A DNA stretch of 63,719 bases, filler included, from Albugo candida (Eukaryota): assembly GCA_040437565.1 (NCBI GenBank). It is 16 parts of 16 records of this genome, joined end to end, with 100 filler letters (N's around TTAATTAATTAA, not from the genome) between each part and the next. Parts side by side here need not be neighbours in the genome. Positions count along the whole stretch, not along the records: positions 48,459 to 52,218 come from JBDOQK010000200.1; positions 52,319 to 56,064 come from JBDOQK010000201.1; positions 56,165 to 59,908 come from JBDOQK010000202.1; positions 60,009 to 63,719 come from JBDOQK010000203.1; 12 more parts are not named here. One strand, given 5' to 3'. Position numbers and translations under genes: made by a program. Positions 50,268-60,462 of the stretch are shown in pieces; position 1 is the stretch's first letter, and every line of letters starts with the position of its first letter. Below the pieces are notes generated by a model. The model did no database searches. It saw only the letters and a list, made by a program, of their open reading frames with translations, and was not told the DNA's origin.

Positions 50268-50993
50268 ATGAGCAATATAACTGCTTCCTTGGCATCACTT
50301 ATCGCCGAAGATAACTATTTTGGAAATATGGGAATAATTAGTTCGATAATCGTATCAGTAAATAGTTTACTTCTAACCGACATGATTACCTCTGGAGCCC
50401 AAAAATATTGCTTATTGACGATAAAAAGAGTAACGGTTAGCTATAATGAGGATGAATATAGCCGTTTAATTTACAATGCAAAATGGGTCAAAGATTATAT
50501 TAAGCATTACATGAAAAGAAAAGGAGCGCAAACTATTAAAACTTTAATGCAAGGTATGAACACTTATGAAAGCCTCGATCTTACCAGTCTTTTCGATGAA
50601 GCACATTATCTATATGTTGCGGAACTTTCAACAGCCCACTCTCTATCAAACACATATACATTGCAAGAGAGAGTACAACAATTTGAAAATCCAATCCATT
50701 CATTCAATGTGATTACCAACATTTTGAAAGTTAAAAGGTTTTTATCTCCATCCTTCATATCCAACTCACTCCAGCCGTACTACAAATTTATGGCTTTTTT
50801 GGATTATCGCGTTTTTTTACTTAACCCAAATGATTCAGTTAAACAGAGATATTGGAATATTAGACTTATCTATAAAAGCAACGATGCATCGCACAAAATT
50901 AAGATAAGAATGTCAAAAACGTTGAACAATCTAACCAAATATTTGTCTGATAATCAATGGGAATATGCTATGCAAAAAGAATATTTGAACTAA
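50268..50993 (+). CDS. Hypothetical intronless ORF (241 aa), probably the intact core of a longer frameshifted gene (about 49800-51366)
   Basis: A long open frame in very AT-rich DNA, where chance ORFs are short. Coding-like fragments continue on both sides (51009-51215, and ...DTVTSGL* ending 51366). Confidence 0.5.
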   Translation: MSNITASLASLIAEDNYFGNMGIISSIIVSVNSLLLTDMITSGAQKYCLLTIKRVTVSYNEDEYSRLIYNAKWVKDYIKHYMKRKGAQTIKTLMQGMNTYESLDLTSLFDEAHYLYVAELSTAHSLSNTYTLQERVQQFENPIHSFNVITNILKVKRFLSPSFISNSLQPYYKFMAFLDYRVFLLNPNDSVKQRYWNIRLIYKSNDASHKIKIRMSKTLNNLTKYLSDNQWEYAMQKEYLN

Positions 50994-52318
50994 TAGAGCA
51001 AAACAAATATGAAAAAGTCTTTGCACCTGATTCTTGGCAACAATAACAGCTATCATTCTGATAAAAGCAACTACACTAAAACTACAGTGAAAAAAGGTTA
51101 CACCGCAGATAGTTTTATATCAAAGTTATTTAGAAAAATATCTTTAAAGCCTGATACAGAACGCTCACAATTAACACCATGCTTCTCAAACCTGCCAACT
51201 TTACTTCGTTATTAAAGCTCTTGCCACCGAAGAACATTATCAAATTATAGTATCAACTTTTCAAGACAGTATTGTACAAAGTGCAACTGCTGTTTGGGAT
51301 GATAATAATTATGATATTACTTATGAGCCTACCAATTTATCTGATACTGTTACTTCTGGATTATAAAGGTCAATGCATTCAAACCTCTTATCATAATTTT
51401 GATAAAAATAAAAATTATTTTTAGGTATAAGACAATCTAACAATAAAACAATTAATTTGTTATCTATGTAACGATATTATTTATTTTTATTTATTATTGT
51501 ACGGTTAAATGCTTTGTTTGTTCTTTTTAAAATGATTGCTCAAAAAGAATAATTCAAATGTTTTCTTGCTTCATATTGCAGAATTTGGTGTTTTATATTA
51601 AGTGATTATGGCTTATGCAAAAAGCCTCTTGTTTACGCCTGTAACTTTTGGTTTTTATGAGCTTTACTGTAATAAAAAACCGAAATTTTAGCTTTTGCAA
51701 GTGAAAAAACATATTATAAAACGTTGGACATGTTCTAAAATTCAAAGTATAAAATTTGAAGTAAACGTCAAAAGGAAATTAAACATTTATAAAAAAAAGG
51801 ATACTTGCGTAATGCTATCCAAAAACTATAATACTTGTCCAATATTGATCAAAAACAAAAGATATTTGCGTAATAATAATTGAAAAAATAAAATGGTACT
51901 CTAATATTCGCTTTATAATAACTAAGTATTATATTTGAGCTTTATGTTGTTCTACTTACTTTAATCCTCAGCTTCAATCTAGCAAACAGCTACTTTTGAT
52001 TTTTGGGTTTGGGAAGAATTTTATTATAAAATATTGTTCTAAAGATTTAAACGGCAAGATGGCCCACACGTTCACAAAGTCTGTCCAACACAACATTGAT
52101 GATTTTCTATATACAATAAAACTTTAGATTTTTTCCTTCACACAAAAACAAAAAATAGCATTACTTACTGACGCGTTCTTAAAGCAACGATATGCATTTT
52201 GGAGGCAAAAAAATTATCNNNNNNNNNNNNNNNNNNNNNNNNNNNNNNNNNNNNNNNNNNNNTTAATTAATTAANNNNNNNNNNNNNNNNNNNNNNNNNN
52301 NNNNNNNNNNNNNNNNNN

Positions 52319-55300
52319 TTTTTTTTTGTAGAGAGTAGGTTGGTGACACCTTCAGGAAGTAATACCTCCCAGTCAGGATACATTCTTTTAAGGATGTCTG
52401 ATTTGACAAGCAATAAACAAACATTTTGGGAATTTTTACCTGGGCTACTTCTACTTTTTAATAACCGTTTTGTTACTCCAATTTGTCTCTACAGATTAGA
52501 ATGTTGTTGTTAGTGTTAATATTTAAATGAAACTTGATACTTTGCGCTTACTTCAAGACATCTTGAGCTTACAATCCTTAAAGGACCGCAGTTCTTGATA
52601 ATCTGGGTGACATGGGAGCAGTAATGGGTGGTGGCGGTAAAGATTGAGACATCTAGTGTTTCATAGTTGACGCAATCTTGAAGGAAGTGAAGGAAGGCGG
52701 TAAAATATCTATAAAAAGAGTGTATTAGCACATAATTTTTCATAATCTGTACAATTAAAGTATATTTACCTTTCCATTAAATGGAGTTGATCAGTGGTGA
52801 TAGACCATTGCATTGCAATGGAGCAAGCAAGGTGGAGGGCGGTGAGAGCACTACGTGCTTCGGGGCAGATGATGAGGGGGAAAACGGAGGAAGGAAGGAC
52901 TCGGAAAAACACATCTTCAAAATCAGAAGCTCGAGTGTTTGAGCCGTGTAACCCGTTATAACTGCCAGCAGTATAGGGGTGTACTAGCCTTCTACAATCT
53001 CTCACTTCTTTGTTGATAAATCCGATAATGTCATCGTCATTGTCCATGGTTCTAAGAGTGAAGGGATAAATATAACGGTGTAAAAGTGAGCCAAAAGGAA
53101 GGCGGTCTTCAGCATTTTTAACGTCTTTGGGAGCATTGGGATTAACAAACTTTTTAGAAGAGAAGGCTTCAAGCAACAGTTTTGCAATACCACGATTCTA
53201 TAATTTACGAGAACGATTAGTTAAAAATGCAATACTACATATATTATATTGTTTATCAACTTACTATAAAATGTAAATCATCTAAAGATGTTTGGTACAT
53301 GGATTTTAAAGAGGGAATGTTTGCAAAAGCAAAGGTAGTTTTAATGCCATGATGCTACATAAGAATAAGCTATTACTATATTTGAAAAAATAAAAAATAC
53401 TTTGTCATTATTACCATCTCTCTTGCAATTCTTTCACTAGGAGAAAGCTTTTTAATAATTTCTTCTCTCTTCTTAAACACAGCATCAGGAACGATGTAGT
53501 TTTTATACACACGATCTGGGGCCGGTGTATTGCTACAAGGTAAGTAGAGACCATTAGTGCCTTTATTTTTTAAAGGGATGAATTCTTGCACTTTTTGTCG
53601 AGAAGAAGATTGGCCAATTCTAGAAAATATGGTTAAAGGTGAATATCAGTTTAATGCATTGTACAGTGTCTTTATTGACTTACAATGGTCTTGCTTTAAA
53701 TTCCGTTCTTCGCTGATTGTGCCTAAAAATTTTAAAATTTTTAATGTTTAGCCTAAATTTTTAAAAATGTAAAAGGAAGAAAAGGTTACATTTCACAAGA
53801 GTTGTGTTCCTTCTTTGTTGTGGCTCTTTGAGTGCAGAACCTGCAAGGATAATAAGAGACCGTTCCTTTGTGGTTAAAGATCTCACTAACAGCAGGAGTA
53901 TCACCGATGCAAAGAATAGGTCTAACAAAGACTTGATAATTAGTACCAGCAACATTTACACCAAACCCTTTGTAGAGCTCCTCCAATTCTTGAACGATAG
54001 GAACAATATATGAAGCCATGTTTGGTTTTTTGGGGCCAGGACTGCAGAGCACTTGAAACTTAAAACCAGACTTGTATCTATAAAATTTATTACATGAATC
54101 CAAGTTAATAAACTGCTGTAATGCTATAAAAAAATAATTTTACTAACCTTAATGCTGGTGACAGCGAGTAACATACAAGTTGGAACAGTGTAAAAGAGTG
54201 TGTCTTGATGTTAAAGTCGGGGTATGTGTGGTTTTGACGGCTTGTGAAACCATCTTGCATCAAGCCAACGTAAATGAAATATTGATTTTGTACAAGCTGA
54301 TTATTATCGTTAGCCATCACTTCTTTCATCACTTCACCATCATAAACATCTGAATATACACCAGGAGAAGACTTGTAATTGGCACCGTATCGAAGGGACT
54401 CTCGGAATGATTCACGGATAAACATAGACTTAATTTGTCCCTTTAAATGGATGTAATAGACATCTTGTTTTTTTCTTGATAGTCTATCACGCTTCTTCTC
54501 ATAGCTCTCCTTATCCTTGTTGCTTGAATTATTATTGCTGCTGTTGTTGGTTAAGCTAGTTTTGCACAATTCACATACTTTATCATCGGCATCATCAAGT
54601 TTAAATAGGGTGCAACCTTGTAAGCAAGCTTTATATGTCGTGACTTTGACAAAATCCTTAGTCATTTGAGCAAGTTTGGTAGCAGAATTGTTGTAAGTAA
54701 ATGCTTGTACTTTAGAAATTTCTTGATGGACATAGTTTTGTACTTCAGCAAACTCAATTGCTTTCAATTCACCTGCATTTCCTGAATAATAATAAAAATG
54801 TTTTTATAAGTCCTTCGTCGCTAAAATCTACTGAATATTTTACTTACTTTTTTGTTCGATCCAGAGTTCCAAATCTCTTTTTTTAGAATCAATTAAGGTT
54901 TCCTTGACCATTTGATGAATGTAAATACAGGTGTTTCTTGTAATAGGCGAAGTGCAATATTTATAAAAAGTTTTGATACCAGCAATTTCGTGGGGAGGAA
55001 TAACCTTGATTTCACGGACATAGCGTAAAATGTTTTTGCTGTCTTCCTCGGAAATAGTGAACTAAAAGAAAAATTATAATTAGATTTTAAAATAAAAAAA
55101 AAAGGGATAAACTCTTACCGATTGAGCAATTCTGCTTTCTTCGTTTTCTACAGCAGAAGAGATCATAACTTGGGGGATTTCCTTGTCATCATCTTCGATT
55201 TCCTCGATCAATTGCTGTTCTGGGGTAAGCTCAGGCTCCTCGGGATCATCAGATCCATAGTACACATCACCACAGTCATAATCATCATCGAAACTAAAAT

Positions 55301-55490
55301 CGATTCCTTCGAATTCAGTAGATTCTTGGACCTCTACAGGTCTAGCAGCAGCTTCAGTGATATTCAATTTTGTTCTTTTGGCGCTACACTTTCTAGCATG
55401 CTTAATTGACTCTTTCTTGACAGTGAATTCAGCACCACAATGAGAACATTCTCTTTCAAATTCTTCGGTACTACGATAGGTTTTAGGCAT
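52319..55490 (-). CDS. CACTA (Tnp2-like) transposase related to 12639-16269, with an N-terminal C2HC-type finger; 3' truncated
   Basis: CSHC...HARKC; YKACLQGCTLF; YSDVYDG; LMQDGF; YSLSPALR; SPGPKKP; IGDTPAV; YYPCRFC; DDLHF; THYCSH; SSRCLE|RQIG. Intron positions match the other copy. Confidence 0.87.
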
Positions 55491-56164
55491 TGTTTATTAT
55501 TGATAGGGATGTAAGTTAAAAAAATGTAAAAGATAAAAGGGTAAAACAGTAAAGATGTAAGTGTGATCAATTAGTGAATTAAGAGAAAGAAAAAGACTTT
55601 TACAAAAGTTTTTTTGTAAAAAAGATTATACATTGTTTGACATCGGACAAGTAAATGTAATATAGAGTCAGCTTTGGGACCCACATCAAAGACATCATCC
55701 CATCAAGATGCTAATACATTTTATTTGTTATTAGTCACTTGTTTTATGTAACCACGATGCACTTTCTTTTTTTTTTAAAGATGTATTACACAAAGTTTGA
55801 CAGCGGGAGACAAAAGGTATATTATAGAGTCAGCTTAAGGACCCACAGATCATCCCACGAAAACAATAGCGCGCGCTTTGTTGTCAACGCGCGATCACAT
55901 GTAACGATGTACAATTATATAAAGCTACTCTTTTATTATTTTATTGTTTTATTTGATTGAATAATTGATAGATCCATAACTTTAATCGAATCTGAACATG
56001 AGATCTAGTTCTTTCTTTTCCTACTACCATATTTACCCGTGTTCCATTAATGATGAATAGAATANNNNNNNNNNNNNNNNNNNNNNNNNNNNNNNNNNNN
56101 NNNNNNNNTTAATTAATTAANNNNNNNNNNNNNNNNNNNNNNNNNNNNNNNNNNNNNNNNNNNN

Positions 56165-56596
56165 TTGGAACCCGAGAAAAACGGACAACATTTCGATACA
56201 GTACTCCGTAATCTTCCCAATGTGATCCTTACGCCGCATATTGGAGGAAGTACGGAAGAAGCCCAAGGGAATATCGCCGTCGAAGTAGCTAGCAAGTTAG
56301 TGCGTTATCTTCACAATGGATCCACCACAACGTCGACCAATACGCCAGAGATCGAAATGCTTCCAGTACGCCCCAATTTCATGCGAATATTACATATGCA
56401 TCATAATGTTCCTGGTGTGCTCAGTAAAATCCACACTGTTTTATCGGATTTTGGAGTGAACGTGATTTCACAGCATTTACAGTCGGATCCAAAACACAGT
56501 TATATTGCGTTGGAGATTGAAAAGTTTCATGCAAAATTGGTTATGCGAGAATTAAGTAAGATTGGAGAAACCATTTTCTTACGGGCATTATTGTGA
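56165..56596 (+). CDS. serA: 3' part of a second D-3-phosphoglycerate dehydrogenase copy (inverted duplicate); 5' truncated
   Basis: Translation is identical to the last 143 aa of 57386-58729. Confidence 0.85.
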   Translation: MEPEKNGQHFDTVLRNLPNVILTPHIGGSTEEAQGNIAVEVASKLVRYLHNGSTTTSTNTPEIEMLPVRPNFMRILHMHHNVPGVLSKIHTVLSDFGVNVISQHLQSDPKHSYIALEIEKFHAKLVMRELSKIGETIFLRALL

Positions 56597-57817
56597 GTGC
56601 GTGGAAGCGATCACGTGATGGAATCGATGTCATGATTATCATGCGAAACTCGCGAAGAAGAATGCGTTGATTCCTCAAGCAAACAGAAAGCTGTTCAGTT
56701 ACGCATCAATGGCCACAGCAGTCCTGTCATATCCTTTGGTGCGTATTGTGCTGGATAGAATCGAGGCACATCATGAGGTAGATTTGAGGACTTTGCATAC
56801 GTTACGAAACGGTTTGCTGCTGTTATATTCATGTAGCAATTTCAAATAAAGTGGACTACTACCGTCATCTGATGTACACCTCTTCAACAGTCGAGCGTCT
56901 ACGTTCCATATAACTAATTACTAATTATAGTACGTACGTTTGACAAGTATCAGACTAAATACGCCGGTCAATCAATCTGGATGTAACGTCTCCGAACGAT
57001 TGCAAGTGCATCTGAGTGACTATCATCTATTACATCATTCTTTCAACTAGTAGTTGCTTCCTCTCATGCTGTCTGTCGCTCGAAGCACAAAACCCTAAAT
57101 GTTAACGTTAGAGCTGGATAAGTTTCTATAGCTTCCAAGTAATATCTGTGGACAAAGTCGAACGTATCTTATCGTTTTGATGCGCCATCTAATACTGTAC
57201 GCGAGACATGATGTGCCTCGATTCTATCCAGCACAATACGCACCAAAGGATATGACAGGACTGCTGTGGCCATTGATGCGTAACTGAACAGCTTTCTGTT
57301 TGCTTGAGGAATCAACGCATTCTTCTTCGCGAGTTTCGCATGATAATCATGACATCGATTCCATCACGTGATCGCTTCCACGCACTCACAATAATGCCCG
57401 TAAGAAAATGGTTTCTCCAATCTTACTTAATTCTCGCATAACCAATTTTGCATGAAACTTTTCAATCTCCAACGCAATATAACTGTGTTTTGGATCCGAC
57501 TGTAAATGCTGTGAAATCACGTTCACTCCAAAATCCGATAAAACAGTGTGGATTTTACTGAGCACACCAGGAACATTATGATGCATATGTAATATTCGCA
57601 TGAAATTGGGGCGTACTGGAAGCATTTCGATCTCTGGCGTATTGGTCGACGTTGTGGTGGATCCATTGTGAAGATAACGCACTAACTTGCTAGCTACTTC
57701 GACGGCGATATTCCCTTGGGCTTCTTCCGTACTTCCTCCAATATGCGGCGTAAGGATCACATTGGGAAGATTACGGAGTACTGTATCGAAATGTTGTCCG
57801 TTTTTCTCGGGTTCCAA
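56165..57817. repeat. 611-bp inverted repeat (56165-56775 / 57207-57817) with a 431-bp spacer
   Basis: The arms are reverse complements covering the serA 3' coding region plus about 180 bp downstream. No mismatch was seen by eye. The left arm is cut by the contig start. Confidence 0.92.
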
Positions 57818-58729
57818 TGGAAACACATCGACTGCACATCCACCAAGTTTGGAGTTCCGTAATGCGTCAGCCACAGCTTCAATATCGAGTACCGTACCAC
57901 GTGCATTATTTACCAGTATTGCTCCATCCTTCATGTGCGAAAGCGTTGTCGCGTTGATCATGTTCTTCGTCGCTTTGGTTGCCGGAACATGAAGAGTTAT
58001 GGCGTCCGAAATTGCTAAAACTTGTTCTAAGCTATCCAATTGAGTTGCATTTCCTAACGGGAGACATTTGACTGGATCATAAAACACGACCTTCATTCCT
58101 AATAATTCTGCCAGAACTGATACTTGCGATCCGATTCGACCATAACCGATAATGCCAAGCACAGATCCACGCACTTCGTGACATCCAGCCGCTGATTTAT
58201 TCCAATTTCCGTCGTGTAGCTCCATGGAGCGTTGGAATAATTTGCGATGCAATGCAATGATTTCGGCGATGGTTTTCTCAGCAACAGAACGTGTGTTGGA
58301 AAATGGCGCATTGAACACTGGAACACCGCTGGATGCAGCCGAGTGAAGGTCAACTTGATTGGTTCCAATACAGAAACACCCAACAGCCCATAATCGATGC
58401 GCATGCCATCCAATTGTTTCGAAAAAGCGGGAATCCAAATGTGTTTTTGATCGTATTCCCAATAAATTGGCATCTGCTGCAACGTTGATAAGTTCTTCTC
58501 CAGAAAGCGCTTGTTTATATGTCTCAACTTGAAAGTTTTCTTGGTGAAATATCTCAATGGCGCGCGGATGAATGTTTTCCAATAGGACGACTTTTGTTTT
58601 TGCATTGCATGAGAATTTGGATGTTGATGTGGGTGTGGATGTTGAGAACAGCAAAGATTCCGTCAACCATGGAACTTTTGTTAATATCTTGTGTCGATGG
58701 AATGGTCGAAAATATAAGCACGCAAACAT
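57386..58729 (-). CDS. serA: D-3-phosphoglycerate dehydrogenase (SerA type with C-terminal ACT domain) with a probable mitochondrial presequence
   Basis: LLENIHP, GIRSKT, GCFCIGTNQVDL, PVFNAPFSNTRSVAE, GIIGYGRIG, NNARG, PHIGGSTEEAQ, HHNVPGVL. Intronless 447 aa; the N-terminal 40 aa are basic/hydroxylated with a single acidic residue. Confidence 0.96.
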   Translation of the reverse strand: MFACLYFRPFHRHKILTKVPWLTESLLFSTSTPTSTSKFSCNAKTKVVLLENIHPRAIEIFHQENFQVETYKQALSGEELINVAADANLLGIRSKTHLDSRFFETIGWHAHRLWAVGCFCIGTNQVDLHSAASSGVPVFNAPFSNTRSVAEKTIAEIIALHRKLFQRSMELHDGNWNKSAAGCHEVRGSVLGIIGYGRIGSQVSVLAELLGMKVVFYDPVKCLPLGNATQLDSLEQVLAISDAITLHVPATKATKNMINATTLSHMKDGAILVNNARGTVLDIEAVADALRNSKLGGCAVDVFPLEPEKNGQHFDTVLRNLPNVILTPHIGGSTEEAQGNIAVEVASKLVRYLHNGSTTTSTNTPEIEMLPVRPNFMRILHMHHNVPGVLSKIHTVLSDFGVNVISQHLQSDPKHSYIALEIEKFHAKLVMRELSKIGETIFLRALL

Positions 58730-58922
58730 TTTGATTGTACTTTGTGAGAGTGAATGGTTCTCATCTGATTCCGACTCAGCATAGTGATTTCATTGGACAT
58801 ATTAAAAGGTGGTGTGGTACACGCTCATCTAGACGGCCGACCTCGAATGCTAGGTACCAATCACAAACTCATTGGACAGAACTTTATTTATGACACCAAA
58901 CTAATGTGTTTACTTCATTCCA
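58730..58922. promoter_or_regulatory. Short bidirectional promoter between serA and CCDC124
   Basis: 193 bp between divergent ATGs. CCAAT/ATTGG boxes near 58792, 58857 and 58871; oomycete INR-like TCATTCC just before ATG 58923. Confidence 0.6.
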
Positions 58923-59807
58923 ATGGCAAAGAAAAGTCCAAACACTAAAGTCGAAGCAGCAAATGCTCGCAAAGCGTCTTCCAAAGCCGTTAAGGACGCA
59001 CAAAAAGCCGCGAAATCAGAAGCAGAGACAGCAGAAGAATGGTCGAAAGGATCCAATTCTCGTGCAGAAAAGCGACGCGAAGAGGAGGAGCGAAAACAAC
59101 AAGAGATTGCCGCCAAAAAAGCTGAAAAGAAACGTCTGGAAGCCCTTGAAGAGCATTCACTCGAAGAAGATAAGTCATCTATTCGAAAATTGAAAGCTAA
59201 AGAGAAGAAAGAAGCGGTAAAGCCGTGGGAAGACGCATTGAAATCTTCAGCAAAGAGAAATAATAAAGGCAATCGCAATCCTTCACAAGTGAATGAACCA
59301 TCAAAGAAAATGACACAAGCTATGATACAAGCTGCTCTTGAGAAAGAAGCAATGACGCAGAGTAAGCAGGCCGGGAAGAATGACATACAATTTGCAAAAG
59401 AAGGCTTAATCAATCCGAATCGTCAACCTAAAACTGTGGATGAGGCGCGAAGCATTGATGCGGCATTGGATGTATTATCGATTTCAAAAAACGACGCGAT
59501 AGATCGACATCCTGAAAGAAGAGCTAAAGCGGTATGTATGTGAAGCAGTCGGTTGATTTTCATCCTCATCGTTTTGCTTAGGCGTATAAAGCGTTTGAGG
59601 AAGTTACTTTACCCGAATTAAAGCTCGAATTTCCAGGATTAAAGCTTTCACAGTATAAACAAAAGCTCAGTGATCTGGTACGTCATGAAAGCTTGTAGTC
59701 TCTCTGCTCCTATCATCTCACCTGTCGTTTTACAGTGGCGAAAATCTCCGCAAAATCCACTGAATCAGGAACGCGTACCTTACAATATGAAGCAGTCGAA
59801 GACGTAA
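58923..59807 (+). CDS. CCDC124: CCDC124 / Lso2 / Oxs1 family protein, 3 exons (58923-59531, 59582-59677, 59736-59807)
   Basis: NTKVEAANARK, EARSIDAALDVL, DRHPERRAKA|AYKAFEE, FPGLKLSQYKQKL, WRKSPQNPLNQ. Two GT-AG introns. Confidence 0.92.
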
Positions 59808-60030
59808 GGAGACTTTTATGTCAATAGAACAAATGCGTCCGATCGGTTCAATTTTTGAGATACGGAATAAGCAAAACAGAATTAATTGTTAAAAAGATTT
59901 ACTTTGTANNNNNNNNNNNNNNNNNNNNNNNNNNNNNNNNNNNNNNNNNNNNTTAATTAATTAANNNNNNNNNNNNNNNNNNNNNNNNNNNNNNNNNNNN
60001 NNNNNNNNTATATATATATATATATACTAG

Positions 60031-60189
60031 GCTACCAATTTCTATAAGGATTTGAACAACAAAGATCTTGGAATAAGACCAAACGCAAACAGAGAAGCTC
60101 TTTATTGTCGTATTGGTGAACCCGTAGACGTTACATTAAGTGCTACTCGAAGAAAAGAGCTTCCTGCATGGGCGTACCACCAGTTTTAA
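60031..60189 (+). CDS. Last exon of a convergent gene, likely the accessory ORF of the adjacent CACTA element
   Basis: After the TAG acceptor at 60030 the frame reads ATNFYKDLNNKDLGIRPNANREALYCRIGEPVDVTLSATRRKELPAWAYHQF*. It converges on the transposase 3' end. Confidence 0.45.
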   Translation, partial: ATNFYKDLNNKDLGIRPNANREALYCRIGEPVDVTLSATRRKELPAWAYHQF

Positions 60190-60462
60190 ATTTAGTTTAA
60201 AATAAAATCGGAAATAAAAAAAATTTAGATCTCTTTCTTTTCTCTTTTTCCCAACTCTTTTTTTTTTCGTTAATCTACATCCTTTTTTTTTTAAAAAAAA
60301 ACAAATGTTCATCTCTTTAGTCATTCTACTTGTACTTGATGACAATCGCAATGTTGAGAAATTAAATAAATTAATTAAACGTGTAACTAGGTAAAATTAT
60401 TGCTTATAAACTTTTTTTTATTAAACTTTATTCTAAAGATTTTTTTTCTAACATATATACAG

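Noticed and set aside
57386-58729. serA as bacterial contamination
   Set aside because: It has a presequence-like extension and lies 193 bp from an intron-containing eukaryotic CCDC124 gene.
58910-59413. 167-aa minus-strand ORF
   Set aside because: Antisense shadow of the CCDC124 first exon.
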